64,000 bases of DNA. It comes from Ruditapes philippinarum (taxonomy: Eukaryota). A program made the translations under genes and the position numbers. Under the pieces are notes generated by a model, which ran no database searches, was not told the origin of the DNA, and worked only from the letters and a program-made list of their open reading frames with translations. The DNA is taken from NCBI RefSeq assembly GCF_026571515.1, contig NW_026859330.1, positions 1 to 64,000 on the forward strand, read 5' to 3'. Position 1 is the first letter of the stretch; the number at the start of each line of letters is the position of its first letter. This document shows positions 28,366 to 41,099 of the stretch, piece by piece.

Positions 28366-28585
28366 AGTTACATTTAATAAATTTCATAAACAAAACAGCG
28401 ACATTTCATTAACAAATTGGGTTTTATACCGACACCAGGTCTTATTTTAGTGTCCAAACAACCTAATTTATGAACAATATTTGATGAGATTAACAACAAA
28501 ACTATTAAACAGGTTAATGAAACTGTAGAATGTTTGATTTTTATGCCGACGGCAAAATATTTTTACATATTTATTTAATGTAACT
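28366..28585. mobile_element. Kolobok-type MITE (TTAA TSD, AG..CT ends)
   Basis: TTAA|AGTTACATTTAATAAAT ... ATTTATTTAATGTAACT|TTAA. Confidence 0.85.
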
Positions 28586-28653
28586 TTAAAGTAGATATAT
28601 ATGCTGGCAAAAGCAATATTGCTTTCATCTAATTTATACTATTCATAATATTT

Positions 28654-29510
28654 ACAAGAGCGATCTGTAATCACATGTGTCGCCTCATTTTGGCCAATTT
28701 CATGTTGGGACAAATTTTGTGACAGACGGACAGACAGACGGACAGTGCACAACTAAACTTGCTACTGATCAATCCTGTAAAGTTTGGATAAAATTGTACC
28801 AGTAGTTTATGAGGAGTAGTCCGGGCAAGCTTTTGCGTATCTGGCAACACACAGAAAAAAACACCTTTTTATCAAAGGGCCATAACTCGGCCAAAAATCA
28901 TTCAACCGGAAAACCCGTGCAATATGCGCAAGGAATTGAGCTACAGATCAATACTGTAAAGTTTAATTGAAATTGCATTAGTGGTATAAGAGAAGTAGTC
29001 CGAACAAACTTTAAAATAAAAATTATTAAAGGGCCATAACTCAAACAAAAATCATTGAACCGAAAAATGCTGACAATATGCACAACTAGACTTGGTACTG
29101 ATCATTCCTGTAAAGTTTGGATGAAATTGCACCAGTAGTTTATGAGGAGTAGTCCGGACAAGCTTTTGTGTATCTGGCAACACACAGAAAAAGAAACCTT
29201 TTTATCAAAGGGCCATAACTCGGCCAAAAATCATTCAACCGGAAAACCTGTGCAATATGCGCAAGGACTTGAGCTACAAATCAATCCTGTAAAGTTTCAT
29301 TGAAATTGCATTAGTGGTATAAGAGAAGTAGTCCGGACAAACTTTAAAATTAAAAATTACTAAAGGGCCATAACTCTGACAGAAATCATTGAACCGGAAA
29401 ATGCTGACAATATACACAACTAGACTTGGTACTGATCATTCCTGTAAAGTTTGGATGAAATTGCACCAGTAGTTTATGAGGAGTAGTCCGGACAAGTTTT
29501 GTGACGGACG

Positions 29511-29563
<53 letters not shown>

Positions 29564-29607
29564 GAAGTGATCCCTATATGTCGCCACTACTCCGTAAAGG
29601 CGACACA
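28654..29607 (-). mobile_element. Non-autonomous Helentron/HINE-like element with an internal ~333-bp dimeric repeat
   Basis: (GACG/GACA)n tract at 29505-29560, terminal TGTCGCC..GGCGACA hairpin and ACAAGAG end. The repeat CACAACTA(A/G)ACTTG..CCTGTAAAGTTTGGAT occurs at about 28748, 29081 and 29415. Confidence 0.85.
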
Positions 29608-30615
29608 AAAACGGATAAAAGTAACTAAGACGAACGCTGAATTAAGATAAGAGTTTTTAGTTACAAATTTAAAACATGGAAAAACATATTTTGACTTTCT
29701 TTGACGACTTTAACGATTTCATAATTTGTTCGACATAAGTCTGTTTTTACTAAAAGTAAATATATACATGTATGCTGGAAGAAGCATTATTGCTTTCATC
29801 TAAGCTGATGCTATTTATATCATAAATAGGTTATATTTCGTATTCATTTAAAAACTTCATTCATAGAAATGGATCAGTTTTCCGCTAGAAGCTAATTACT
29901 TAGTTCTTAGCGATACATTCAATAAATTCGACTCAAGTGTGGAAAATATCAAAAATGATTTTTTTATATTCCTACGTCTCATACACCAATGCGGTCTTTA
30001 ATAACAATTATAGAATGAACATAAATACAAAGAAACAGATATCCAGCAATGTATTACCACATTATAATATTCCTAGATGACCACACAAACAATGTTTAAC
30101 ATCACCATGTGTGTGTTTAAGAGGATGTAAAAATACTTTATGAAATGTACATTCTGTATCTCGACTGAAAGCTTTTTATAAAAATGAGAATATCAAGATG
30201 CTAAAACTACTTAAACTAATTCGAAGATGTAAACACTTAATTCAGACTAGATACCGTGTTATTCACTGATCAAAAACTTGCACTAAGTTTGAAGTAACCA
30301 GTTTCATTTTCAACATAATCGATGCAAATTCTTCTTTTTATACGACCTAAGACCGGAATATATAAATGATAAACATGTCTGATCTTACTGAAATACTAGA
30401 TACTTTCTTGATCAATTCAACGCAATCAAAATGTTTGCGAAAGAATTACGATTTCTTGAGTTAAGTATTTTCCGACAGCTTATATTTTCACTAAACACTT
30501 ATTTCTAAGTTACCATTGACATATTCAATATATGCGATAAAATTCTTCTTTTGAGTCGACTTTACTACGGAATATATCAAACATGATTATGTTTTTCCTT
30601 CCTGAGTATCATGTA

Positions 30616-31562
30616 CTGTTGAAGTTTATTTATTTCGGAACCGTTGTAAATATTGTACGGATCGATGCACTTCAAAAAAGGTAAGTAAAGTGTGCAAGAA
30701 TAGTACAGTTATACTTATTGAGCAAAGTCTTTGTATTGAGACGCTGTAGTGTATAGTGTTAGCCCGTTGGTCTCTCAATCATACTTGTGCGGGTTCAAAT
30801 CCCAGTAGTTCTATTTTTTATGATATATTGTTTCAATGAACGGGTATTTCGTGTTTTTTGTCATGCATATAAATTACACACCTCAGGTGTTTTACAATTG
30901 AGTCGAGATTTTGTCATAATGGCGTGCAAAGAAAATCATCTATTTTATTGCGAACACGCAAAAGCGGTTATTGAAAGAGTTTTGAAGGTTCCATGTTACT
31001 ATTCGTTACATGTATATAGTCTCATGACTGTTAATCATGTGTCAAACATGTGGAGACCGTAGAGAGCAGGTACTACGTATCAGACAGTGCTGTCAATAAG
31101 GAGATGGACAGAATATGAAGGTACGGATACTGCCAGCGAGCACGCGACTGAGATAGCGACAGAGGGCGCATAACTTGAATTGCTGAAAAATTTGAATTGA
31201 ATTAAATCTTATTATATATATGTTATAACACTGTCGTAAATAAAATTGTGGAAAACATATATAAAAAATAAACAAGTAAATAAATAAATAAATTATAAAT
31301 GAAGGATAAAAATTGAAGAAAAAAACACTGAAAAGACTTTATAAAAGTATTAACCGTAGAAAAAAGTATTAACAATATGGGATTTGAACTTAAGACCTTC
31401 CGCATGCAAAACAAGTACACAAACCACTACACTAACGGGCCAGATAATATTTCTGTAAACTGTTTTTCCTTCTAGTTCATTTTCGTATTTGACTTATTCC
31501 TGCCACCCCTATGTACTTTTGTATTTAGGATTTCCCATTCTCGATCATATTTGAATCGACAA
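30616..31562. mobile_element. TA-flanked MITE with degenerate TIRs and inward-facing tRNA-like segments
   Basis: Interrupts ATCATGTAGCA with TA duplicated (30614-30615 and 31563-31564). The + strand has TAGTGTATAGTG..GGGTTCAAATCCC (30746-30803) and the - strand has TAGTGTAGTGG..AGTTCAAATCCC (31379-31434). Confidence 0.75.
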
Positions 31563-34410
31563 TAGCATTCCATTATCTATAAGTAGGTATACAAACATTA
31601 TAAATATAAAGAAACAAGTATCCAGAAATGTAGTACTGTTTAACAAATCTCCTGACTGAAAGCCACGAAAAACAAGCTGTTGGTAAACAGAAAGCGAAAA
31701 ATACTGTATAAAATGAAAATTTTATGCTTTTCATCCGACGGATAAATGTAACTAACATTAACGCTTAAATAAGATAAGATTTATATTTACAAATTAAAAA
31801 ACATGCATAAACATCATTTGACTATCATTAACGTCTTTACGATTTAATAATTTGTTCGACATAAGTCTGCTATTACTCAAAGTTAATATATATCATGTAA
31901 GAAACATAATTTTGCTTTCATCTAATCAGATACTATTTAGAACATAAATATTTTGTATTTTGTATAAACCCGAAATTATCATTTATAAAAATGTATAACT
32001 TTTGCGCCACGAACTATTTGCTTAGAACTCAGTGACACATTCAATTAATTCGACTCAAGTATGGAAAATATTAAATATGAATATGTTTTAAATTCCTGAA
32101 TATCATACAGCAGTGCTTTCTTTATTAATAATTATACAAGGAGCATAAATACAAAGAAACAAATATCCAGCAATGTATAACCGCATAATTAAGCTCCAAG
32201 ATGGCCATACACACAAGTGCTTAACATCAACATGTACATGTATGTGTTTAAGTGGATGCCAAAAATACTCTATGAAATGAACATTCTGTATATCGACTGA
32301 ACGCTTTTCTTATAAATAGTTTAAGAACAATTAGAGTATCAAAGACGCTAAAACTAATAATTTATTTCGAACATGCAAACGCTAAATTCAGTCAAGATTC
32401 CGCATTATTTACTGATCGATAACGTGTACTATTTTTAAGTAACCAGTTTCACTTTCAATATCTTTGATACAAATTTTTCTATTATACGACCTATGTCTGC
32501 AATATATAAATGATCAACATGTCTTATCTTACTGGGATCTAACATACTTTCTTTACAAATTGCAAACGATATTCAATATAATTATGTGATAATGTGTCTT
32601 CTTTGACCAAGACCTAAGAAAGTGATATATTAAATATAATCATGTGTTTCCTTCCTGAGTATTATATAGCAGTCTTTAATCTATAGATATGTAAACAAAG
32701 TTGATAATCCAAAGAATAAAATACATTTATCCAGTAATGTATTACTGAAAAATAAATCTCCTGGCTTAAGGTCATGTCAAACAAGTGTCTAACAGGGACA
32801 TGCATGTATTGATCAGAACGCGAAAAATACTTATAAAATGATATTCTATATCTCAACTGAAAGCTTTTCGTATGACAAAGAAAAATAAACGGATAAGGTA
32901 ACTAATACAAACGTTGAATTATGATAATTTATTTTTATTACAAATTAAAAACATGAAAAACATCTTTTGACTATTTTTAACGACTTCTGTGATTTAATAA
33001 GTTTTTCGACATAAGTCTACTATTACTCAAAGTAAATATATATGCTGGAAGAAGCATTATTGCTTTCATCTAATCGAAAACTATTTATAACATAAATATT
33101 TGATATTTTGCATCCATGCAAACTCATCATTGATATAAGTAGCAAAAGTTTGTTCAAAGAGCTTATTTCTAAGTACCCAGTGACACATTCAATAAGGTCG
33201 ACTATAGCCTGGAAAATATTAAATATGAACATGTCTTATAATCCTGAGTATCATACAGCAGTCTGTTCTTATTTACAATTATAGAATGAGTATAAATACA
33301 TAGTCAAAAATATCCAGCAATGTATAACCGCATAATAAAACAAGTAAGTGACATTTAGATGTATGTCCCTAAAAAATGCAAAAAAAAAACTTTCTAAAAT
33401 GAGCATTCTGTATCTTGACTGAACGCTTATCTTATTTAGACTAAATACCGTGTAATCTACTGATCCAAAACGTGCACTAAGTTTTAAGTAACCAGTATCA
33501 CTATCAATATACTCGATTCAAATTATTTAGATATGAACTAAGTCCGGAATATATAAATGATAAAGATATCTTATCTTACTAAATTCAAGATTTTTTTTTA
33601 CAAATTTTAAGCGATAAAAATAATTTGCGAAATAATTACGATTTCTTGGGTTCAGTATCTTTTCTTTTCCACTTAGGACTTATTTCTAAAAATCAGGAAA
33701 CAAAGTGATCCATCGGAAGCATTAATCGCAACAAAATTTCAAGAGAACTGCAGACTTGGTTTGATCGAGTCTGTACATTCTGTTAATTTCCCCTGATACA
33801 TTTCAATATACATGTATGTGATAATTTTTCTCATTTGGAATCGGCCTGAGTACGTGATATATTAAATTTAATCATGCATTTAAATATTTGTTCGACATTA
33901 GTCTGATATTACTTAAAGAAATATATATGATGGAATAAAAACAGATATTTTATATTTTGTATTCATCCGAAATTTTCATGTATATAAATGGATAAATTTT
34001 ACGCTAAGACCTAATTTCTATATACCATGTGGCACATTCAATAAATTCGACTAATGTATGTTTCGACAGTATTATAAAGTAGTACTGATAGTCGTACAAA
34101 ATATATTGTAACTATATAGTCATAAGGTCAAACAATTGAACAAATCAACCTAAGTACCAAATCATAAATAGTTTTTCGTGAGGTCGAATTATTATTATAC
34201 GATAACGAAAAGTAGAACAATTAATTAGAAAAAAATATCGATTTTGGATCTCGTAACAGTTAAGACAATATAAACACATCTATGTTGTTCATCAAATTAT
34301 TTGCTTGAATTTTGTGTATTTTTTATTATTAAAAGAACGTTATAAATTGAGATAAATTCTAAAATTAGAAATTCTACTTAAAAACGTTATTTCTCATATA
34401 AATGACCTAA

Positions 34411-34540
34411 NNNNNNNNNNNNNNNNNNNNNNNNNNNNNNNNNNNNNNNNNNNNNNNNNNNNNNNNNNNNNNNNNNNNNNNNNNNNNNNNNNNNNNNNNN
34501 NNNNNNNNNNNNNNNNNNNNNNNNNNNNNNNNNNNNNNNN
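34411..34540. other. Assembly gap (130 N)
   Basis: Run of N. Confidence 1.
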
Positions 34541-35523
34541 TACATAAATACATTAAATTAATGTAAATATACAAAAGGTTTGGGCCAAATGTTATAAATA
34601 TTATCGGGGCCCTCATATGTTAATGATGTAGATTCTATTTAAAGACCGGTAATGCAAGGTAAGTTGATGATTTTGAAATGGATATTTTCAATATATAACG
34701 TTTTCATCACTAATCTTAATAGTTTGAAATAATTACATATACTTGCCTTGTATTTATGATAAACTGTTTGATATGAATACCTTTAATGAGGATAAAAAGT
34801 AGAACAGTTCAAACATCATGATAGTTTTGCATCATCTATGAATTGTGATCCGATCAAATGGCATGAAAGAATAAGCTGACATGCACAACATATTTTGATT
34901 CGATTTTTTTTTCCGAGATAAGTGTACTGTTTGATATAGGTCGTAAATTGTATAAAAAATATTCGGATACCGACATTCCGGTTCTCCGGAATCATCATTT
35001 TGATTGAGCAATATGACCTAAAAAGAATGCGTTATCGAGCTTTCACTCAAACTCGACTAAAATCACATAAAATTATCAATTTGATTCAGAGCATATTTAT
35101 TTGTTTTCTTTTTCAGACTGTTTTATTTTAAGTAACTATTTTAGAAAGAATGGTGTCCTATTTCTTTTTTAAAATTCAAATGAAAGTGTGTTAAGGATAA
35201 TATTTTGTATACTAAACTGATATATCGCTTGTTTCTTGTAGTATGCAAATTGTGTCATAAAAAATTTGAAATAAATAAAAGTTTAAAAGTTTCTTAATAA
35301 ACTCGTTAGCATATGATTGAAAAAAACTTCTAATTCTCAGCCTTGGTATAATATATTGATAAGGTCAATTCAAAACGCGCTAAATCTTGTAACATAAGGA
35401 TCTATAGTGGGTAAGGCTTTTAGTTGACGACCCCTATATTTTTTCCAAAAACAACCATTATAATAATTCTTCTTACAATGTCTATTATCTTTATATTCTT
35501 TTTTCTAAGTGAATTCCATTTAA

Positions 35524-35803
35524 AGTGGCATTATGCTCATATTTTCATAATCAAGTTTAGCTGAATTGTCTTTACATTTCAAACGTTTGACTGTTAAAAA
35601 AGAGTTTGACCAACATCTTTTTTATAATCTGAACGTTACAGGTAAATACTAATTACTGTTATAGAAATTTTGCTTGGACCCTTGCATTATTTATTGTTTA
35701 TCCAAATACAATTATAGAATTAAAAGGAATTATGGCAAAATAAAAACTTTTTTATTTTCACTAGTTGACTCACTATTTGTCCTTGGATGGGCATTATATT
35801 ACT
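35524..35803. mobile_element. Kolobok-type MITE, same family as 56483-56793
   Basis: TTAA|AGTGGCATTATGCTCAT ... CCTTGGATGGGCATTATATTACT|TCAA, with internal similarity to the second copy. Confidence 0.75.
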
Positions 35804-35829
35804 TCAAGATAAAATAAGATCAGATAACA

Positions 35830-36250
35830 TTAATAATATCTGTCATATGTTTCGGTTCGGATTGGAATATCCGTCCTGAGGTGACCCGCCCATTGGGCGG
35901 TAACGAGGCTTGCCGAGTTACTGCCCATGGGCGGGAAACCGAGGGACGGATATTCCGATCCGAACTGCAAACATATGTCAGATATTTTTTCTTGCATATT
36001 CTACCATATTCCATTATATTTTAAATGTTTTATCTTTATTGTCAATAGAAATTTATATCAAGACAACCGTAACTACTTTCTTACAACAGCGTATGAAATT
36101 GCAATTTCATTCATAACGGTAAAATGACGTCATCCTAAGCGTGCCATTGTACAGCACGCGACTCATCTGGAACCCCCCCCCCCCCCATGCCAGATGAAAT
36201 TTCCGGCATGGGTAAAACTAACGGAAACGCCAGTCTGCTATGCAAGAAAA
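35830..36250. mobile_element. TIR-less element with a ~150-bp hairpin (possibly Crypton-like)
   Basis: Palindrome at 35835-35985 centred on CGAGGCTTGCCGAG. Boundaries are approximate. Confidence 0.6.
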
Positions 36251-36694
36251 GATTTGATAAATTTTACTCATACAGTATGCCAATCTTTAAACAGTGATTG
36301 TACAATCGGAATTTACATGACAACAATGTCATGATATAAGTATAGTATAAATAAATAAAAGTCAATTTTTATAAAAACAGATCTAATATATATTATATTA
36401 TGCAGTGAGATGACAAGAGTATCGTTTATTAAGTGTATTGCGCTCCCTCTTATCAATATCTTTGAAAACAAATATCGCTATTTTTAAAAAAATATACTTA
36501 AGCATGTTAAATTACATCGTGATGATATTTGAGTAAACATTATTTGCTATTTTATTAATATAATAAATTGACAATTGTACAGTATATATTACATTTTGAA
36601 CTGTATGTATATTCGAACATTACGAAATTATTTCAAATTATCCGCGTTACAACGTTTAGCGGATAATTGTTATCTTGTCCTTACCGTGGTAACA

Positions 36695-36770
36695 CAATTG
36701 GATTGGTTAGTTTTTGCTCGACTGCGTCGGAGTATAAATAGTCACAGGGCGTGACTTATGTTCAGTTTCT
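36695..36770 (+). promoter_or_regulatory. Candidate Pol II core promoter (inverted CCAAT x2, TATA, Inr)
   Basis: ATTGGATTGG at about 36697-36706, TATAAATA at 36733-36740 and TCAGTT at 36762-36767 (31 nt from the TATA start to the Inr A). Confidence 0.4.
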
Positions 36771-38269
36771 ATCGAGTATCTCACAGAGAACAGCTATTAT
36801 CTTTTCAAATTCAAATTTAGTCTTTCGAAATGTTGATGACTTTGTTATAGCATCGTGAATATGGTTCTAAAAGCATTATTTGTTGATGTTCGTAAATTTT
36901 GTTATGCATGTTGTAATTCATGGCTACTCAGAGCAGATGTGATCTAAACCCAGAGTTGATGAAAGCGGCTTTATGACCGGACAGAGCCTGGGTCATCTTT
37001 GCCGCTGCTGGATTGTGGTATTTTTTATACAATATGTAATTCTTCCAGAAGGGTGGCGCAGCCCGCTCGCGATTAACTTGGTTTGTCTGCATATTGTTAT
37101 TGTCTGGCACAAGTTTCTCATGATTGTAACTGTGGAATTTTGTCAGTGTTGTTATTTACTTTGTTAAAATCCGAATTACTTTTAAATAATGCAGCACTTG
37201 CAAGTGTATTTATTAATATATAAAAAATATGTATACATGTTTATGTTTCACCATGCATATAATTTGGTTATGTCTGCCTTCTTTATGCTGTTTCTCTCAA
37301 TAATCCATTCTCGAAATGCACAACTGTGTTGTTGTTTTATGATTTAAAGGTAGGGATGAGACCTAGACGTATAAACTAGCATGGTGCAATAACATACATC
37401 ATCTGAACTTAAAAATTATGAAAATGATGGATTTGATTTACAGATGCTGTTGTATAATAAAAGGAAATAAACTTGCATTAATTTGAAATGCTGACCTATA
37501 TAAAACTGCAATGTAATTTGATCTGGCACTTCAAGCGGATACGTTGCCGAAACGCCAGCAAATTTTCTGTATTCTTTCAGGTATGTAAAAAGCATTTTGA
37601 TCTTCTTATTTTAAAAAAATTATTATCTTTATGAATGTATTGACTATATATTTGTTACTTTCTTTAATATTTGGCTCATTTTTGTTATTACGATATTATT
37701 AAAATTAATACGATATTATAACTTATAACAGACAAATTGGAATTTTCAACTTGTAAATGAATATAAAGTGATTGAAAACTATCGAGATACATACATGCAC
37801 CCGTAAAATTAGAAAATATTTAATTCAATGTATATATATAAAACAGTAATGTTTCTTATTTCATGGGTACATGTATGTATCTTGATAGTTTGCAATCAAT
37901 TTATATTCATTTACAAGTTTGAATTTCCAATTTGTTTAAAATTACATATTTAAAGAAAATTCGCTTACCAAAATGTTTTACACTGGCAAGTTTTGATCAC
38001 TCAAGCTATGGTTTGGTTTGGTTTAAACATATTTATTTAAGCTCGATTGCGAAACAAGTTCTTGCATTTTGTATTAATCACTTTCGAGTCTGCTTCAATA
38101 AAAAAAAGCTAGATTTCAGCTGTCTTATTGCTCGATATGATTATAAGACTGTTTGGTTATATTTAAGTTAAGATTGTGCAAACACTGTTACTGTTAACAG
38201 TGATTTTATTTATCTATGTATTAAATTAAATCATTAATTAATTGATTTATTAATTTATTTATTTATTCC

Positions 38270-38585
38270 TACTGGTACTATTATTATCATTATTATAAGT
38301 ATTTTCAAATTTATTATTATTATTATTATCATTATTAAATTTATTGTTATTATTATTATTATTATTATTGATTTATTTTCTTTAGACCGAGCGGTCAATG
38401 ATAACCTACGAAAGTTCAATCACTTATTTCAAGAAGGGTCCTTACCTCAGCAGACTCTAAAGACAGCTATGAGATACAAGGGAATCCGGGAACCAGTCCC
38501 AAGCTCTCATTGAATAGATTCCTTGGTTCTTTTACATGTCCAGTGAATAGCACTGATACATGCGAGGATTACCTGGGATTCGCAA
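38270..38585 (-). mobile_element. Probable SINE fragment with a (TAA)n tail
   Basis: A (TTA)n tract is followed by GGTTCTTTTACATGTCCAGTGAATAGCACTGATACA, which resembles the reverse strand of mollusc SINE bodies. The head is missing. Confidence 0.4.
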
Positions 38586-40903
38586 CAGTAAACCTATATA
38601 TTATTATAATAAAAATTATTATTATTATTATTTCAAAATGAAACAGATCACAAAGGATAATGAGCGAGATAACTATAGTTGTGCTGGTTTTGGCAGCCAT
38701 TGTTTTAGCGACGGGCGAAATACAGACATTCAGATAGAATGTACCTACCTTTATGACAGGAATCGCTCGAAGAACTGTCAAAGAAAGACTTAGCGTTCAG
38801 CCTCCGCCAATGCCTGGATTCAATTTAAATGCAGTTGGTTATTTCTTTATTTTTTTATCATTTATTTATGTATTTATTTATTTATCTATATTTATTCGTT
38901 TATTCATTTTCTTTATTTATTCTAAGGCGAAACTAAGCTGAGTCGCTTCTTGAAGGGTTTGGGGCAATAAAGTATTGTCGTATTACCTTACTGTTGAAGA
39001 CGGTTGTTTTTAGTTATCTTTAGTACAATTATATTTATAAAACTACTTATATTAAACACAATATAAATGCATCCAAGAAATTGGCTAACCTTTATTTTCA
39101 AGTATCAAAAATGAAATATATGTGCATTTCATGATGATTCAATGATAGATTGACAGTTCTTTTGCGATTGGAACATAAAATATGCTATTGTTAACTTTTC
39201 AGTGGCTTGGTCCATGGTTTTATCAATTTCATAAGGTACCATGTAGTTGGGCGATTGCAGAGGACTTCTCGGATTACACTCAATTGTTTGTACCTGATGG
39301 AAATGTATTTTTGAATCATGAATCCATGAGAAAAGTTTTAATTACATAATTGGTCAGTATACTGGGAAACTTAAATATATTTAATTGGCACGGTGGTACA
39401 TGTATATGATAGAAATTGTATTATAATGGAAATGCCGTTTTTAATAATGAAATATAACTTTTGCAAACCGACATTTGATATGATATCATTATTAACATGA
39501 TGAACAGCAGAGAAAAAGCCTTGATAAACTTGATTGATGATCTACTCTTAAAATAAGCAAAATTATCAAATATTCGGGCAGATGACCTAAACGTGTTTCT
39601 GTTATCATATACTAAGAACATGCAAATATATATAAAAATCATGTATATCTTAGTTTGATTACACGTGAAGAAAGCATTAGCTTATAATCACAACTTCGAA
39701 TCAAACCAGTAATGCGCAATACTAAGTAAATGTAAATGTTTTTACTCTAGACAAAAACGACTTGCACCTAGAGGTGTTTAAACTTTAGGCAAGTAATACT
39801 TAGATTACCAGTTAACAAGTCCTACGCGTTAACTTCTCGGCCATTCGGCCATATCTATATGTCTTGTTTGGTAACTATAGTATGTGTGTTAGAATTATTA
39901 TTACTGTATCAGTATTAAGCAAAATATAAATTGTGTTCAGAAGTACCTGAAACAAGGCATGAAATAAATAGAACATAATAATTAATGAGAGAACATGCAC
40001 TTTTAAATGATTAATGAGGCATATAAATATGATACCTTTATTACAGAAATCGTAATCTGTGTAATAAGATGACATCGATTTTCACTGTGACAGGCCCTGG
40101 AAAGTTTTCCGGCAAAGATATTATTGGTAAAACGAATTCCACTCTTACTTTAAATATGTAGTCTTTCTTATGAAAATGAATTCAATGTTAGAAAATACAT
40201 TGGCGAGTTTCTCCTTAATGTTAAGTTATTCCCGTGCTTTCCGAATGTACACATGTGAAATGTGCACTGTTCGCCAACCGTTTCACATTCTTGTTCTGGA
40301 TGTGTCTTTGTCATTCATATGCAATTAGAAATATGTCTTTATACCTTGCAAATTCAACATTATATGTTGCATTCATTGCTATCTATTACAAATGAAATAC
40401 TTATTATGTTTTGCCTGAAGGTAAAAAGTGGATTTATATTTTTGGAGCCAGGGCTATACCAAAAAAGTACTGTAGCAGAAAAGTTACACATACTTAAATA
40501 TAAAATGACACATTATCAATATAATAAACAATATTTTAGGGGACAACTGGTCAGGAAAAGTGACTGTAGTAGCAACGGACTATCAAGGATTTTCTATTGA
40601 CTGGGGATGCACAAAATGGTCGACAATTGAACAAAGATGTGCTGATCCGTTTCTATATATAAAAACACGACAAATGCAGTTGTCTCAGGTTATTGTTGGA
40701 AGGATAGAATCTGCGCTTCAAAACATATTTGGAATATCACTCAACGAGCTTACAAGAATAAGTCATGCGAGACGTAAGTCTAGTTTACATTAAAGAGTGT
40801 CTTGTTTCTTTGTTCGTTTGCTGATTTGTTGTTGTTTCTAATAGTTACATGACTATATATTTTAAAAAAAATACTTATAGTCATTGTGAGCATGATACTT
40901 TAA

Positions 40904-41099
40904 AGGCACATCATGTCTCAGTAATTAATATTGTTTCCCTATATTACTATTACTATACTAATTATCAAAAGCAACAGAAGCAAAATATGTATCAGGTACT
41001 TGGCCAATCAGTAACATTCTGGAAACAAAAGCTGGACACCAAAATCAAAGGCTTTTGAGAAATAGCATAATAAGCATTTCTGAGGCATAATATGGGCCT
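40904..41099. mobile_element. Kolobok-type MITE
   Basis: TTAA|AGGCACATCATGTCTCAG ... CTGAGGCATAATATGGGCCT|TTAA. Related fragments lie at about 54520-54670. Confidence 0.75.

Larger units (their letters stand above)
1..34060. repeat. Complex macrosatellite, about 20 diverged monomers of 1.1-1.3 kb, probably continuing beyond the left edge of the window
   Basis: Motifs recur in fixed order: TTCTTTTGAGTCGAC (281, 1329, 5081, 5929, 7894, 9289, 11305, 12533, 15890, 19785, 21362, 30551; variant TTGAAGTAGAC near 3775, 10482, 18528, 27971), TATGCTGGAAGAAGCATTA (about 701, 2936, 6364, 14936, 16326, 22343, 27251, 29770, 33041), AATTCGACTCAAG and GATGACCACACAAAC. Copies decay towards 34 kb. Confidence 0.95.

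Noticed and set aside
1-34060. Array as CRISPR-like repeat/spacer locus or as a degenerate repeat-protein (LRR) gene
   Set aside because: Units are long and fully homologous with no unique spacers. Every frame has frequent stops and indels, and there are no consistent splice sites. The DTFN..VDLS resemblance to an LRR is weak and frame-dependent.
34407-34616. ORF running into X residues
   Set aside because: Artefact of the N gap.
37520-37560. Possible hammerhead ribozyme (..GCGGATACGTTGCCGAAACG)
   Set aside because: It lacks the CTGANGA core and the stems are not convincing.
40262-41058. Cluster of 70-112 aa ORFs
   Set aside because: No recognisable domain, non-ATG starts in part, no splice support, and overlap with a MITE.
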